64,000 nucleotides of DNA from Synechococcus sp. (GTDB taxonomy: Bacteria; Cyanobacteriota; Cyanobacteriia; PCC-6307; Cyanobiaceae). Shown here piece by piece: positions 43,961 through 52,536 of the stretch. The notes under the pieces were generated by a model. That model did no database searches. It saw nothing but the letters and a program-made list of their open reading frames with translations, and was not told the DNA's origin. The DNA is taken from positions 768,001 through 832,000 of the forward strand of contig JBJBDL010000003.1 in assembly GCA_047285305.1 (NCBI GenBank), written 5' to 3'. Positions within the stretch are counted from its first letter, which is position 1, and every line of letters begins with the position of its first letter. Position numbers and translations under genes: made by a program.

Positions 43961-44158
43961 ATGGCTTCAATCCTTGATGGTCTTGGTCTTGAGGGATCTG
44001 TCCTTGATGGCCTCGCTGAATGGCCCGCATCGACAACCAGAAAAGAGTGGTTGGCCATCACTCGTGGATTGATCCAGCAGACCATTGCCGAGATGGATCT
44101 GGACCCTGCCGCCCTGGCTGAAGTTGAGGAGGCGTTCATCGGAGCTGGACTCCTATGA
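43961..44158 (+). CDS. Small acidic hypothetical protein
   Basis: 65 aa ORF with ATG start and helical character. Confidence 0.5.
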   Translation: MASILDGLGLEGSVLDGLAEWPASTTRKEWLAITRGLIQQTIAEMDLDPAALAEVEEAFIGAGLL

Positions 44159-44160
44159 AC

Positions 44161-44499
44161 TCACTCGTACCAGCTACAGAAATCTCGAACAGCGCCGTAC
44201 TCCTTATCGCTCACGCCAATATGTGCAGCGATTTTCCTTTCCTGGGCAACCCGCAGGTGTGCCAGCGTCCGAAACATGTACGCCCTTCGGCGAGCGCACA
44301 TTTCGCTGTTCTGTGCATCCCTTGCAATCGAGCCACCAACACCCATCACAGCCAGAGCCAACATCAACGTGTAGATCGGTTGCAGGTAGCCGTTGGGTGG
44401 ATGCAGAAGATCAGCCGCGAAGCCTCTTGCTTCTTTGAACGCTCTCGGACTTTTGTTGAGCACCAGGTCCCGCATCCTTTCGCCCAGGTCAGTCATCAC
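44161..44499 (-). CDS. Hypothetical protein
   Basis: 112 aa ORF that fills the gap between its neighbours. Confidence 0.5.
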   Translation of the reverse strand: MMTDLGERMRDLVLNKSPRAFKEARGFAADLLHPPNGYLQPIYTLMLALAVMGVGGSIARDAQNSEMCARRRAYMFRTLAHLRVAQERKIAAHIGVSDKEYGAVRDFCSWYE

Positions 44500-44528
44500 C
44501 AGTCCTCTGTTGTCACTTAGGGGTAGCC

Positions 44529-44909
44529 ATGACCCGCAAGAGAGTCACCGCCAGCGAGAAGAAAACACGCCATGAATGGGCGGTGCGGCAGATAGACGCC
44601 GGAATGGGTCTCAGCGAATTAACCGCCTTTACCGCCGAAACATGGGGGTGCAGCCGCAGGAACGCCCGTGATGTCGTCTGTGCGGCCCACAAGGACTGGC
44701 TGGATGCTGCCTACGGATCAGAGGAGATCGACCAGCGGGACTTGCTTTTCCAGCAGGTGGGACGACTCGAGCGCATCGCCCGCAAGGCAGAAAATGCAGG
44801 TCAGTTTTCAGCGGCAGTCGGTGCCATTACGGCGCTGAATCGAATGATGGCCCTGGGAGCTGACCAGAAGGGTTTTCGAGGACACTCAAACCACCACTAC
44901 CGGCGCTAA
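44529..44909 (+). CDS. HTH protein resembling phage small terminase subunits
   Basis: HTH-like WGCSRRNARDVV and C-terminal ARKAENAGQFSAAVGAITALNRMMALG. Confidence 0.55.
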   Translation: MTRKRVTASEKKTRHEWAVRQIDAGMGLSELTAFTAETWGCSRRNARDVVCAAHKDWLDAAYGSEEIDQRDLLFQQVGRLERIARKAENAGQFSAAVGAITALNRMMALGADQKGFRGHSNHHYRR

Positions 44910-44941
44910 GAAAGGATCAGCACAACTGTCCTTATGGCTAC

Positions 44942-45175
44942 TTAGAAGCGTCCATATCGGTTGAAGTAGCGGTGTGTCCTCTTGCGGTAGATGCGCTTAA
45001 AGCTGCCACCGCTCTTGCCACGAACGATTGGAAGGATGGGCTTCTGTGTCCACCAATCCAGTGCCTGACGCCCGGAAATAAATCCCCAGAGTCCTCTAAA
45101 GGGTTTCCACAAAGCCCCGGCACAAAATGCCAGAAGGGCAATGAGCAGAAGAAAGCCGATTACGTCCAAGAACAT
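44942..45175 (-). CDS. Small membrane protein with basic tail, copy 1
   Basis: N-terminal TM and K/R-rich tail; paralogue at 51097-51327. Confidence 0.7.
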   Translation of the reverse strand: MFLDVIGFLLLIALLAFCAGALWKPFRGLWGFISGRQALDWWTQKPILPIVRGKSGGSFKRIYRKRTHRYFNRYGRF

Positions 45176-45328
45176 GGAACGTCTTTTAGCTCAACGAGCC
45201 AATCATGCCGCCACCATCGCGAGGGCTTCAAGCGGGACTTTTTAGAAATGAATTTAATCAATTTGAATACGTTTGTTCTTACTCGTAGCGTCATTAGGGC
45301 TTTTGCTCATATAGTAGTCTGACATTCC

Positions 45329-46141
45329 TTGACAATTCAATTAGAAATGGATATAAATCAGGGAAATAAAAGAATTAAAGAGCTCTTTGGCGAGGGTCTT
45401 TCGACGCGAGACTTATTGGTTATTGCGGCACACTATCGTCAGATAGAGCTGCAAAAAGCGTTAATTGGCAGATATGAAAACAAGATATTAGATGGCCTTT
45501 TTAAGGGTTGCATACATATTGGTCGGGCCTATGGATCTGCGCTGTGCCCTAAGATCCTTGGAACGTACGAAAAAGAGATATCACAAGACCTTTGCGAATT
45601 GGCTGCTGGTAAAGATTGTTTTCTAGATATTGGCTGTGCAGAAGGGTATTACACGACTGGGATAGGTGTTGCAACAGACATACCGCTGGTGCTGGGGGTT
45701 GATGTCAGTGAAAAAGCCCTTACTCTGGCTCAAAAGTCTTCAGAAGCAAATGGTATTTCTAGCAAGTCTAAGTTCTTTCTTAATCTCGCCGAAGCTGCTT
45801 CTCTGGTCAAAGGAAGATCGCTTGTAATGATCGACGTTGATGGCAGCGAAATACAGGTTATTGACGAATTATTTTCTTCTCTCAGTGTGGCTCAGTCTCT
45901 ATTGTTGGAATTGATTATTGAGACTGATTTTAGGGAGGATGGAAGTAGCAATGCTCCTGACATTGAGAGTGCGCTTCTAAATAGGGGGTTTGTGGTATCG
46001 AAGGTCATCAATCAGTCAGTCTCGAATAGATTTTCTCCGGTCTCTGAGGCTTTGACGACAAGTTTATTGGATCTGATGGCTTTTGGCATGGAAGGCAGGC
46101 CTTTGAACCAGAGCTGGATTATTGCCAAGCCTTCGAATTGA
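45329..46141 (+). CDS. Class I SAM-dependent methyltransferase (FkbM-like)
   Basis: LGTYEKE, FLDIGCAEGYY, MIDVDGSE; AT-rich. Confidence 0.8.
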   Translation: MTIQLEMDINQGNKRIKELFGEGLSTRDLLVIAAHYRQIELQKALIGRYENKILDGLFKGCIHIGRAYGSALCPKILGTYEKEISQDLCELAAGKDCFLDIGCAEGYYTTGIGVATDIPLVLGVDVSEKALTLAQKSSEANGISSKSKFFLNLAEAASLVKGRSLVMIDVDGSEIQVIDELFSSLSVAQSLLLELIIETDFREDGSSNAPDIESALLNRGFVVSKVINQSVSNRFSPVSEALTTSLLDLMAFGMEGRPLNQSWIIAKPSN

Positions 46142-46284
46142 TTCATAAGCATCATTTGTCTCGTAACGTAATAGATTTCCCTGGGCTAATTATATCTTCC
46201 CAGCCAATCTGATTCTTCAGGGTTGAGAGGGTGTGGACTATCGGTAAGTTCAACAATTGAGCTGAGCTGTTTCTTGTTGCCGCT

Positions 46285-46358
46285 GTCGTTGGTGTCCGAC
46301 GTGTCCGAAGCGTCGGCAGTGACCGGACACCACAGACACCTCGGACAGTCCGGACAGG
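46285..46358. repeat. Cluster of direct and inverted TGTCCG/CGGACA repeats
   Basis: TGTCCGA twice (46293, 46302), then CGGACA three times (46324, 46342, 46351). Confidence 0.7.
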
Positions 46359-46411
46359 GCGGTTATTCGGTGGGCTTAAACGCGACAGTGCCCTGCTTGT
46401 GGTGAGTACTG

Positions 46412-46442
46412 GCCCGGGGCTTGGACGCCCCGGGCTTTCCTT
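46412..46442 (+). terminator. Rho-independent terminator-like hairpin
   Basis: GCCCGGGGC-TTGGAC-GCCCCGGGC followed by TTTCCTT. Confidence 0.65.
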
Positions 46443-46527
46443 CCTCGATATTGATTGGACTTTTTCTCTCAGAATCGACGCTGTACCGGTTGCGATTGTC
46501 TTCTGAGTGGGCTTGAGGCTTGTGGAG

Positions 46528-46914
46528 TTAGATGACCCGACAGTTATTCATGTTTAAGAACATGCCCCAGGGTGCCCAGTCAATTTCAAGGGTTCCACGG
46601 ACTTTCACCCTGCTGTCTTCTCGAAGAGCAAGGATTTTGTCCAGATCTTGACTGCTGTATCTGCAGAACAAGCGTCCAAATTCACTGTCACCCTCGATTA
46701 TTATGTGTTCATTGTCGACTTTGTCTACTCTCCCAAAGACAAGTGCATTTTTATTGTGGTAGATCTTTTTTGCGGCTAATTCATTTTCGCTGTAAAGCTT
46801 ATGAATTGCATTGACGTTATACACCGTTATCTCGGCAAGTGCTTTTGGGGCAAAAAATCCTGTTCCAAGTGCCAAGAGAATGCCGATTTTTTCAACGAGT
46901 TTGACTGGTTTCAT
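46528..46914 (-). CDS. Exported OB-fold protein (tRNA_anti-like family)
   Basis: Signal peptide, LYSENELAAKKIY.NK...V.GRV, V.VRG, NCRV. Confidence 0.7.
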   Translation of the reverse strand: MKPVKLVEKIGILLALGTGFFAPKALAEITVYNVNAIHKLYSENELAAKKIYHNKNALVFGRVDKVDNEHIIIEGDSEFGRLFCRYSSQDLDKILALREDSRVKVRGTLEIDWAPWGMFLNMNNCRVI

Positions 46915-47081
46915 TCGCTATCAGTTGTATAGGCGATTAATAGCACCGATTCTTGCTTGAGCCTCTGTACTCGATGGAAGGGCTGCTACTGGGTCCTTAT
47001 TGAATCAATTCCTGTGGGTCATCCGAAGGCGCATTGTTTGCCTAGGCAGCGCAATTTTTTGAAAGCACACCTTGTTTTGCG

Positions 47082-47450
47082 ATGGCGATCGTCAACCTGC
47101 GTCAAGCCAGTGCCCATTTGGGCTTTAGGACAACAACAACGCTCAGGAGGCTGCTGCAAGCAGGCGAATTAAGTGCGTATCTGCGCTCAGGACCCGATTT
47201 AAGGGCGACATATCTAAATGTGGCTCCGAAGGGTCGGCCAACGCTGCGGCAACACGTTCAGGCCCATACGGAGTGCCGTGGAAACTCCCCGCTATGGGGT
47301 GCGGACTATGAGAACTGGCCGAAGGGCAGTCGGAATTGGACTGATGTCGCCAACGGCTATCTGGACCTGCCGCAATGGAGGCCACCACCGTGGACAGAGC
47401 TGCAGTGGGTGACGCTGCGGAACGTGATTGAGCTGGCTGAGGACAGCTAA
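47082..47450 (+). CDS. Excisionase/MerR-like HTH protein
   Basis: VNLRQASAHLGFRTTTTLRRLLQAGEL. Confidence 0.6.
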   Translation: MAIVNLRQASAHLGFRTTTTLRRLLQAGELSAYLRSGPDLRATYLNVAPKGRPTLRQHVQAHTECRGNSPLWGADYENWPKGSRNWTDVANGYLDLPQWRPPPWTELQWVTLRNVIELAEDS

Positions 47451-47905
47451 CGCTTGGGCTTTTGGCAGTCGTAATCAAAGGCAAGCTCTTGTTCTTCTCC
47501 TTTCCATCCCGCGGCCACGGTGGGATAGCTGCTCACACTTTTCTTGAGCCCAAATTCTTTAAACGTCAATTCGCCTGTGCTGCGATTTATGTGGATCTCG
47601 TTTCTCACCCAATCGGTAGAGGAGCCGTCCTCATTGGTGAATTGAAACCATTCATCGCCGAGGACAATTCTTTTTGGTGTCACTTTCAGTACGTCATATT
47701 CACCCTCCTCTTCTTTCCCGTCCTGTACAAATTCGTTGACCGCTACATCCAGTTTCGGGTCAATTATCCATGTTTCATCTCCCGATTTTTCGCCCCTGGT
47801 CCAAGTGCAGGTGATTTGAAATGGCTCCTCTGTCGTTAGGTCTATCGCTTGTTGGCCACTGCATGCAGCAAGAAACAAAGGCGTAAGCAGCAGTAGCCGT
47901 TTCAT
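47447..47905 (-). CDS. Hypothetical lipoprotein
   Basis: MKRLLLLTPLFLAAC lipobox; INRSTGE and terminal C-x-K. Confidence 0.75.
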   Translation of the reverse strand: MKRLLLLTPLFLAACSGQQAIDLTTEEPFQITCTWTRGEKSGDETWIIDPKLDVAVNEFVQDGKEEEGEYDVLKVTPKRIVLGDEWFQFTNEDGSSTDWVRNEIHINRSTGELTFKEFGLKKSVSSYPTVAAGWKGEEQELAFDYDCQKPKR

Positions 47906-47950
47906 CGCACAAGGCTCGGTATGCCACCCAGTCTGGCTAGTACTTCAGGC

Positions 47951-48223
47951 ATGCCCAACAAGGACCGCAGCTTTCACGAGGCGCCAGAAAAGGCTGGTGG
48001 TGAAGGGTGGCTGTATTCCGAGCAGCAGCAGAAGCTCTGTCACTTCAAGCCCGACACGGCGACAGTGCACGCGCAGTGGGTAGCCATCAGGACCTACAGC
48101 TACGTTCCGCCTCGCCCGCCTGAGCCAATGACTCGGCGGTGGATGCTGCGGCACAACGCGATTGAGGCTTGGCAGACGATGCAGAAGACGGGCTGGAGAC
48201 GCTGCCCCCCGCCTGTCAGATGA
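47951..48223 (+). CDS. DUF1651-like protein, intact copy
   Basis: GEGWL...LCHFKPD...NAIEAWQTMQKTGWRRCPPP. Confidence 0.75.
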   Translation: MPNKDRSFHEAPEKAGGEGWLYSEQQQKLCHFKPDTATVHAQWVAIRTYSYVPPRPPEPMTRRWMLRHNAIEAWQTMQKTGWRRCPPPVR

Positions 48224-48286
48224 AGTTCAACTGGATGCACTGGTTGTTTGTTCGACCTAATAAGAGGGGAGTTGATCGAGGAATCC

Positions 48287-48445
48287 ATGCCAATCGCAAA
48301 TCAGCAATGCGCGTGTGAGCCCTGCGGCTGCGTTGTTTCCCCTCAAAAAGCCGTCGAGAAAGAAGGAAAAATTTATTGCTCCCAGTCATGTGCTGATGGT
48401 CATGCCGGTGATGACAAATGTTGCTCTAGTTGTGATTGCTGCTGA
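48287..48445 (+). CDS. smtA: Bacterial metallothionein (SmtA/BmtA type)
   Basis: CACEPCGC...YCSQSCADGH...CCSSCDCC. Confidence 0.92.
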   Translation: MPIANQQCACEPCGCVVSPQKAVEKEGKIYCSQSCADGHAGDDKCCSSCDCC

Positions 48446-48640
48446 TTAGTCGCAGCAGCCGCCTTGTTGCAGGGGGACCACTGTTACCCCGCTAACGACA
48501 TTTGAATCCATAAGAACCCTTACCTGTACGCCGCCACTGGGGTCTTCAGCTAGTTCTACGGCGAGCCCAACCAGCTCGTCTCCGTTGGCTTTGGTGTAGT
48601 TCAGAAGCTCAACGCGTTGAAGTTCTTTTGGAGTGGACAC
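48446..48640 (-). CDS. Small hypothetical protein ending GGCCD
   Basis: 64 aa ORF; stop abuts the metallothionein stop; lies 30 nt from the tandem structured elements. Confidence 0.55.
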   Translation of the reverse strand: MSTPKELQRVELLNYTKANGDELVGLAVELAEDPSGGVQVRVLMDSNVVSGVTVVPLQQGGCCD

Positions 48641-48669
48641 AGGCGGTAAGGCGGTCTTGAGGGCTTTTT

Positions 48670-48843
48670 AACGCTGAACTGACTCCCCGACCGGAAAGAA
48701 AGGGAGTCAGCTTCTGATCAGCGCCCAATGGCATTGCCTAACCATTGGGTGGAAGTGCCCAGCAAAGGAACCTCCGAAGAAACCATCGCCTCTGCCAGGC
48801 ATTCAGTGCAGTTCCAATGAGGCGACAGCAGCGACCAAATGAG
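48670..48843. ncRNA. Candidate structured RNA, copy 1
   Basis: Stems CGCTGA/TCAGCG, CTGACTCCC/GGGAGTCAG, CCCAATGG/CCATTGGG, TCGCCTC/GAGGCGA; ends GCAGCGACCAAATGAG. Confidence 0.65.
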
Positions 48844-48868
48844 TCGATGAAAGGTTTCGGAAACTGAA

Positions 48869-49068
48869 AACGCTGAACTGACTCCCCCCGTTCAGAAGAG
48901 GAGTCAGGCCGTTGCTTGCTGTGTCGGCGTGAAACGAACGCTGACACTCAGCGCCCAATGGTTCCTACAAAAACCATGGGATGGAGGTCTTGGGGACTCC
49001 GAAGACAACATTGCCCCTTTCGTGGGCTGTGCTCCTTTCAGATGAGGTGATGGCAGCGACCAAATGAG
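48869..49068. ncRNA. Candidate structured RNA, copy 2
   Basis: Same stems and linkers as copy 1 with different loops and an extra inserted hairpin (48921-48947). Confidence 0.65.
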
Positions 49069-49204
49069 CAGCAACTACTGCTGCATTTGCTGCATCTGCT
49101 GCTGACGTAGGCGATCCCGCTCAGCGACCTCTTTCTGCTTTTGCTCAACCCACGCCTTGATCGCGGCTTTGTCCTCTGGGCTGTGTGGAACGCGGTTGCG
49201 TCTG

Positions 49205-49325
49205 CGTTCCGCCCCGCCCCCCTGAGCCGATGACTCGGCGACGGTTGCTGCGGCACAACGCGATTGAGGCTTGGCAGACGATGCGGAAGACGGGCTGGAG
49301 GCGTTGCCCCCCGCCTGTGCGCTGA
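49205..49325 (+). pseudogene. DUF1651-like 3' half fragment
   Basis: Close nucleotide match to 48103-48223. Confidence 0.85.
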
Positions 49326-49529
49326 GGACCAATCATTTTCGTTATGACAGACGGACCCAGCAGTTGCCGCTGACATGGGTCCGCGTCCCGGCCGGAGCCC
49401 TCCAGAACGGGACTTGCCTCAATTACGCCAGTGACACCAGTCGATTCAGAGTGAATCGATACCAACCTCGGCTTTTTGTTACCAAGAGAAAAAACGGCTG
49501 GAGACGCTGCCCACTGCCAGTGAGGTGAC

Positions 49530-49871
49530 TCAGAACTTTCTTGGGTATGGAGGGTTACCTGCCATCTCAACGTTGATCTCCCTGCAGATGTTCATCCATG
49601 CCCCCAATCCGAAGTTCACGCCATTGGGGCCGTCAATGAATTCCTGGAATTCCTCTGCCGTGATTCCCTCGCGGACTTCCCAGATGCAAAAGGCAGGGCC
49701 TTCTGGGCCAATGGGACAGAACGAATGGTTGTAGAAGCCCGCTTCTAGGTTTTTGGCTACCGCCTCATCCCAGCCACCACCTGGAGCCATGGCTGCTTGT
49801 GCCGTCTCCCACCACTGCTGAGCTTTGCCTGCGCGGAACTCGTGATGAACGTGGAAGAACGTGGATGCCAT
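49530..49871 (-). CDS. Conserved hypothetical protein (113 aa)
   Basis: MASTFFHVHHEFRAG...FYNHSFCPIG...FCIWE; ATG 49871 with upstream AAAGG. Confidence 0.75.
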   Translation of the reverse strand: MASTFFHVHHEFRAGKAQQWWETAQAAMAPGGGWDEAVAKNLEAGFYNHSFCPIGPEGPAFCIWEVREGITAEEFQEFIDGPNGVNFGLGAWMNICREINVEMAGNPPYPRKF

Positions 49872-50196
49872 GGAGATGTCGCCTTTCGGCACATCTTGGG
49901 TTGAGGACTCAGCCTTCGTTGTCGCTTGCAGCACCTTGGAACAACTGACTACTGCTGTTGCTGCATCTGCTGGTGACTCGGCGACTTCGGCCGCTTGGAC
50001 TGATGCACTATCGCGTTCATATGGCTTGAAGTAGGGCCCCGCCCCTATTTCCACGCAGGGGGATCTAGTCAGCCGTCGAGCAGATCCCCCGAGCCAAGAA
50101 CGCCGTTTACCTCGGCATCTCGTCTCACTCACACCACTAGCCACGCAAAGCAATGAGCAGCAACTGGGTCACCTCATATATGAACGGCAGCAACCG

Positions 50197-50772
50197 TTGC
50201 CACCGCGCTCGATGCTGATGGCAAGTAAGAGCACCAGGCCGCTGACTGCTGAGCAGTTCGGTCTGTTGATGGCAGCCATCACGAGGGCCGCTCACCTGGA
50301 CCCCAAAGCCCAACGCGACTACGTGCTCATCAAAGGTGCGTACTTGCTCGGATGCAGGGTCTCGGAGATCGCGGCTATCCGTTGGAAAGACATCGAGGCG
50401 CTCGATGACGGAGGCCAGATCCACCTTTTCGGCAAAGGATCCAAGCGACACACTGTTCGCGTATCGCCAGCAACGCTTGGCCTCTTTCAAGGACTTGGCC
50501 GCGGCTCTGATGAAGAGTTCGTCTTCCCTAGTCCCAGGCGGGATGGGCATCTCACACGCCAAGCAATTGGAGATGTTTGCCGGAAGTGGGGACGCGCCGC
50601 CGGGTTCCACGTTCACCCGCACCAACTGAGGTACAGCCATGCCACACACGCTGTGCAGAGGGGCGTGGACGTATTCACGCTTCAAGCCACGCTCGGTCAC
50701 TCATCGAGCGCGACTACTTGGCATTACGTGGCTGCAAATCCTCTGGACAGCAGTTCTCTGCGTGTTGGTTAA
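50197..50772 (+). pseudogene. 5'-truncated second copy of the island integrase
   Basis: Closely matches 41141-41715; lacks the N-terminal domain and a convincing start; HQLRY and TTWHY changes. Confidence 0.88.
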
Positions 50773-50807
50773 TGAATTGATCTCTTGACAGTGACGCTTT
50801 ATTAGGG

Positions 50808-51080
50808 ATGTATTTCAGCCCACTAACTGTGCTCAACGCTGTTGGTTCATTGTTGAAATGGCTGTTTCTCAAAAAGCCTGACCAGTCAAAGCAACCAACG
50901 CTTAAAGAGCGGACTCAGCAGACAGTGCATGCCGATCAAGTGGCTGAGATTCATATAGGGCCAAAAGGTGGTTTGTACCGAATCGATGCCAACGGGAAGA
51001 AGGTTTACCTAAAGGCATCTGAACAGCCGAAGCAGGGCAAACCACGTCGAGCGAAACGGCGTCGTCCTAAAGCGGCATAA
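50808..51080 (+). CDS. Small basic protein with GPKGGxY...GKKVY motif (PBCV basic-adaptor-like)
   Basis: IHIGPKGGLYRIDANGKKVYL and an R/K-rich tail. Confidence 0.65.
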   Translation: MYFSPLTVLNAVGSLLKWLFLKKPDQSKQPTLKERTQQTVHADQVAEIHIGPKGGLYRIDANGKKVYLKASEQPKQGKPRRAKRRRPKAA

Positions 51081-51096
51081 ACGGAGTTACGGCTAC

Positions 51097-51327
51097 TTAG
51101 AAGCGTCCATAGGAGGAGCGGCGTGTCCTCTTGAGGTGGATGCGCTTGTAGCGGCCACCGCTCTTGCCATGAACGATTGGGAGGATGGGCTTTCTTGTCC
51201 ACCAATCCAGTGCCTGACGCCGGGAAATAAATCCCCAGAGTGCTCTTAGGGGTTTCCACAAAGCCCCAGCACCAAACGCCAGAAGGGCAACGAGCAGAAG
51301 AAAACCGATTACGTCCAAGATCACGGC
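51097..51327 (-). CDS. Small membrane protein with basic tail, copy 2
   Basis: Paralogue of 44942-45175; nucleotide similarity spans 51091-51359 versus 44936-45210. Confidence 0.7.
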   Translation of the reverse strand, partial: AVILDVIGFLLLVALLAFGAGALWKPLRALWGFISRRQALDWWTRKPILPIVHGKSGGRYKRIHLKRTRRSSYGRF

Positions 51328-52078
51328 ACGTCGGTTGGCTCAACGGACCAATCATGCCGTGCATTAAAAAGGCGGGTTCTTCAGGCCCGCCTCATCCGTC
51401 TTTTTCTTCGGGTGTCACGCCTCAGAATCCGCAGCTCTGCGGAGCGAGAGCCTAGTGACGACTTTCCTCAACGGTGATTGCGTCGCCAAAATGCTGCGGA
51501 GGCTATTGCGCTGAGTGTCGAAGCGAAAAGAAAGGTGAAACCTGTAGCGACCGTCGCAGACCAGGTCACCCCCTGAGAAATGAGAATCGTTCGCGTCTTC
51601 AAGCTGTCGTTATGACTGAAGCGCTCAAACTCCCTTATTCGGTTCAAGGGCGCGGAACCGTTGAGTCCATTGGCAATCACTTTTATCGGGTTTGTGGCCC
51701 TGCGGGCTGCACCGTTGTGATGGGCCTTTCCAATGCTCTTTATCTGAGCCGGAATGTTCCTGAATCAGCTGCCCCAGCTGATCCTTAAGCACTCCCTGGT
51801 GGTTCTGAGCTGACCAACCGCATGCGGGTGGAGCTGGTCAGCTCACAGCACTGGCAGCGCCATGGTCCCCATCAGGGTCCCAACTCCAATGACTACGAGC
51901 ACCAGAAGCAGCATTCACTTCATCGAAAAACCCCAAAAAAAAGCCCCCTGGTGGGGGAGTTGATACGTCAGAGTTCACATGCTGAGGACGGCGGTCAGTT
52001 GTGGATCAATGGGTCAGTGAGCCCTCACTTCCCTTATCAATGCAGTGATTCTGCAGAGGTATGGATCAGGCCATGGTC

Positions 52079-52201
52079 ATGAAGCTCGGGCTCATCGGCC
52101 TTGGTGGAGTCATCTTGCTGGCCTTCAGAAAGATGATCTTTCCCTTGGTGCTGCTAACTGGCGGTAGCTATTTCGCCTGGCGTGCTCTGTTCAAGAAATA
52201 G
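52079..52201 (+). CDS. Small membrane protein (40 aa, not in the ORF track)
   Basis: MKLGLIGLGGVILLAFRKMIFPLVLLTGGSYFAWRALFKK. Confidence 0.5.
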   Translation: MKLGLIGLGGVILLAFRKMIFPLVLLTGGSYFAWRALFKK

Positions 52202-52204
52202 GTC

Positions 52205-52366
52205 GTGGCTGATTTCCTGGTCTACCCGCTGGTATTTGGCATGGTTGCCTTCCTCTACACCCTTGCAATGGCTCAGTTATTGAAAGATGAAGCTGGTTAC
52301 TTCCAGGATCGCTTGGATCGTCGCCGCAGTCGCCGCGAGGGAAATTGTTGCGGTCTTTCTCGTTAA
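52205..52366 (+). CDS. Small membrane protein (53 aa, not in the ORF track)
   Basis: GTG start 3 bp after the previous stop; TM helix then RLDRRRSRREGNCCG. Confidence 0.45.
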   Translation: MADFLVYPLVFGMVAFLYTLAMAQLLKDEAGYFQDRLDRRRSRREGNCCGLSR

Positions 52367-52536
52367 TATTTAGGAAATAGAATATATCGAATCATAGGTT
52401 AATTGAATTTTCTTTGCCATATGAAAAAAATATAATGGCTGAACTATTTTGACGTTGTTGCTTGAGAGCAATTGATGCACAGCCAAAATTTGTGCTCGCA
52501 ATAGCTTTTCAAGTCTTTTTAGTGATTCTGCTTTAA

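Noticed and set aside
48670..49068. CRISPR array or tRNA interpretation of the tandem repeats
   Set aside because: Only two long units with internal variable loops, no repeat-spacer periodicity, no cas genes, no cloverleaf or T-loop.
49075..49332. 85-aa minus-strand ORF ending QQQMQQMQQ
   Set aside because: Its 5' part is the antisense of the DUF1651 fragment, so it is a chimeric remnant rather than an intact gene.
49872..50153. N-terminal extension of the 207-aa ORF 49530-50153
   Set aside because: A better ATG with an RBS-like sequence lies at 49871; the extension looks like non-coding or decayed sequence.
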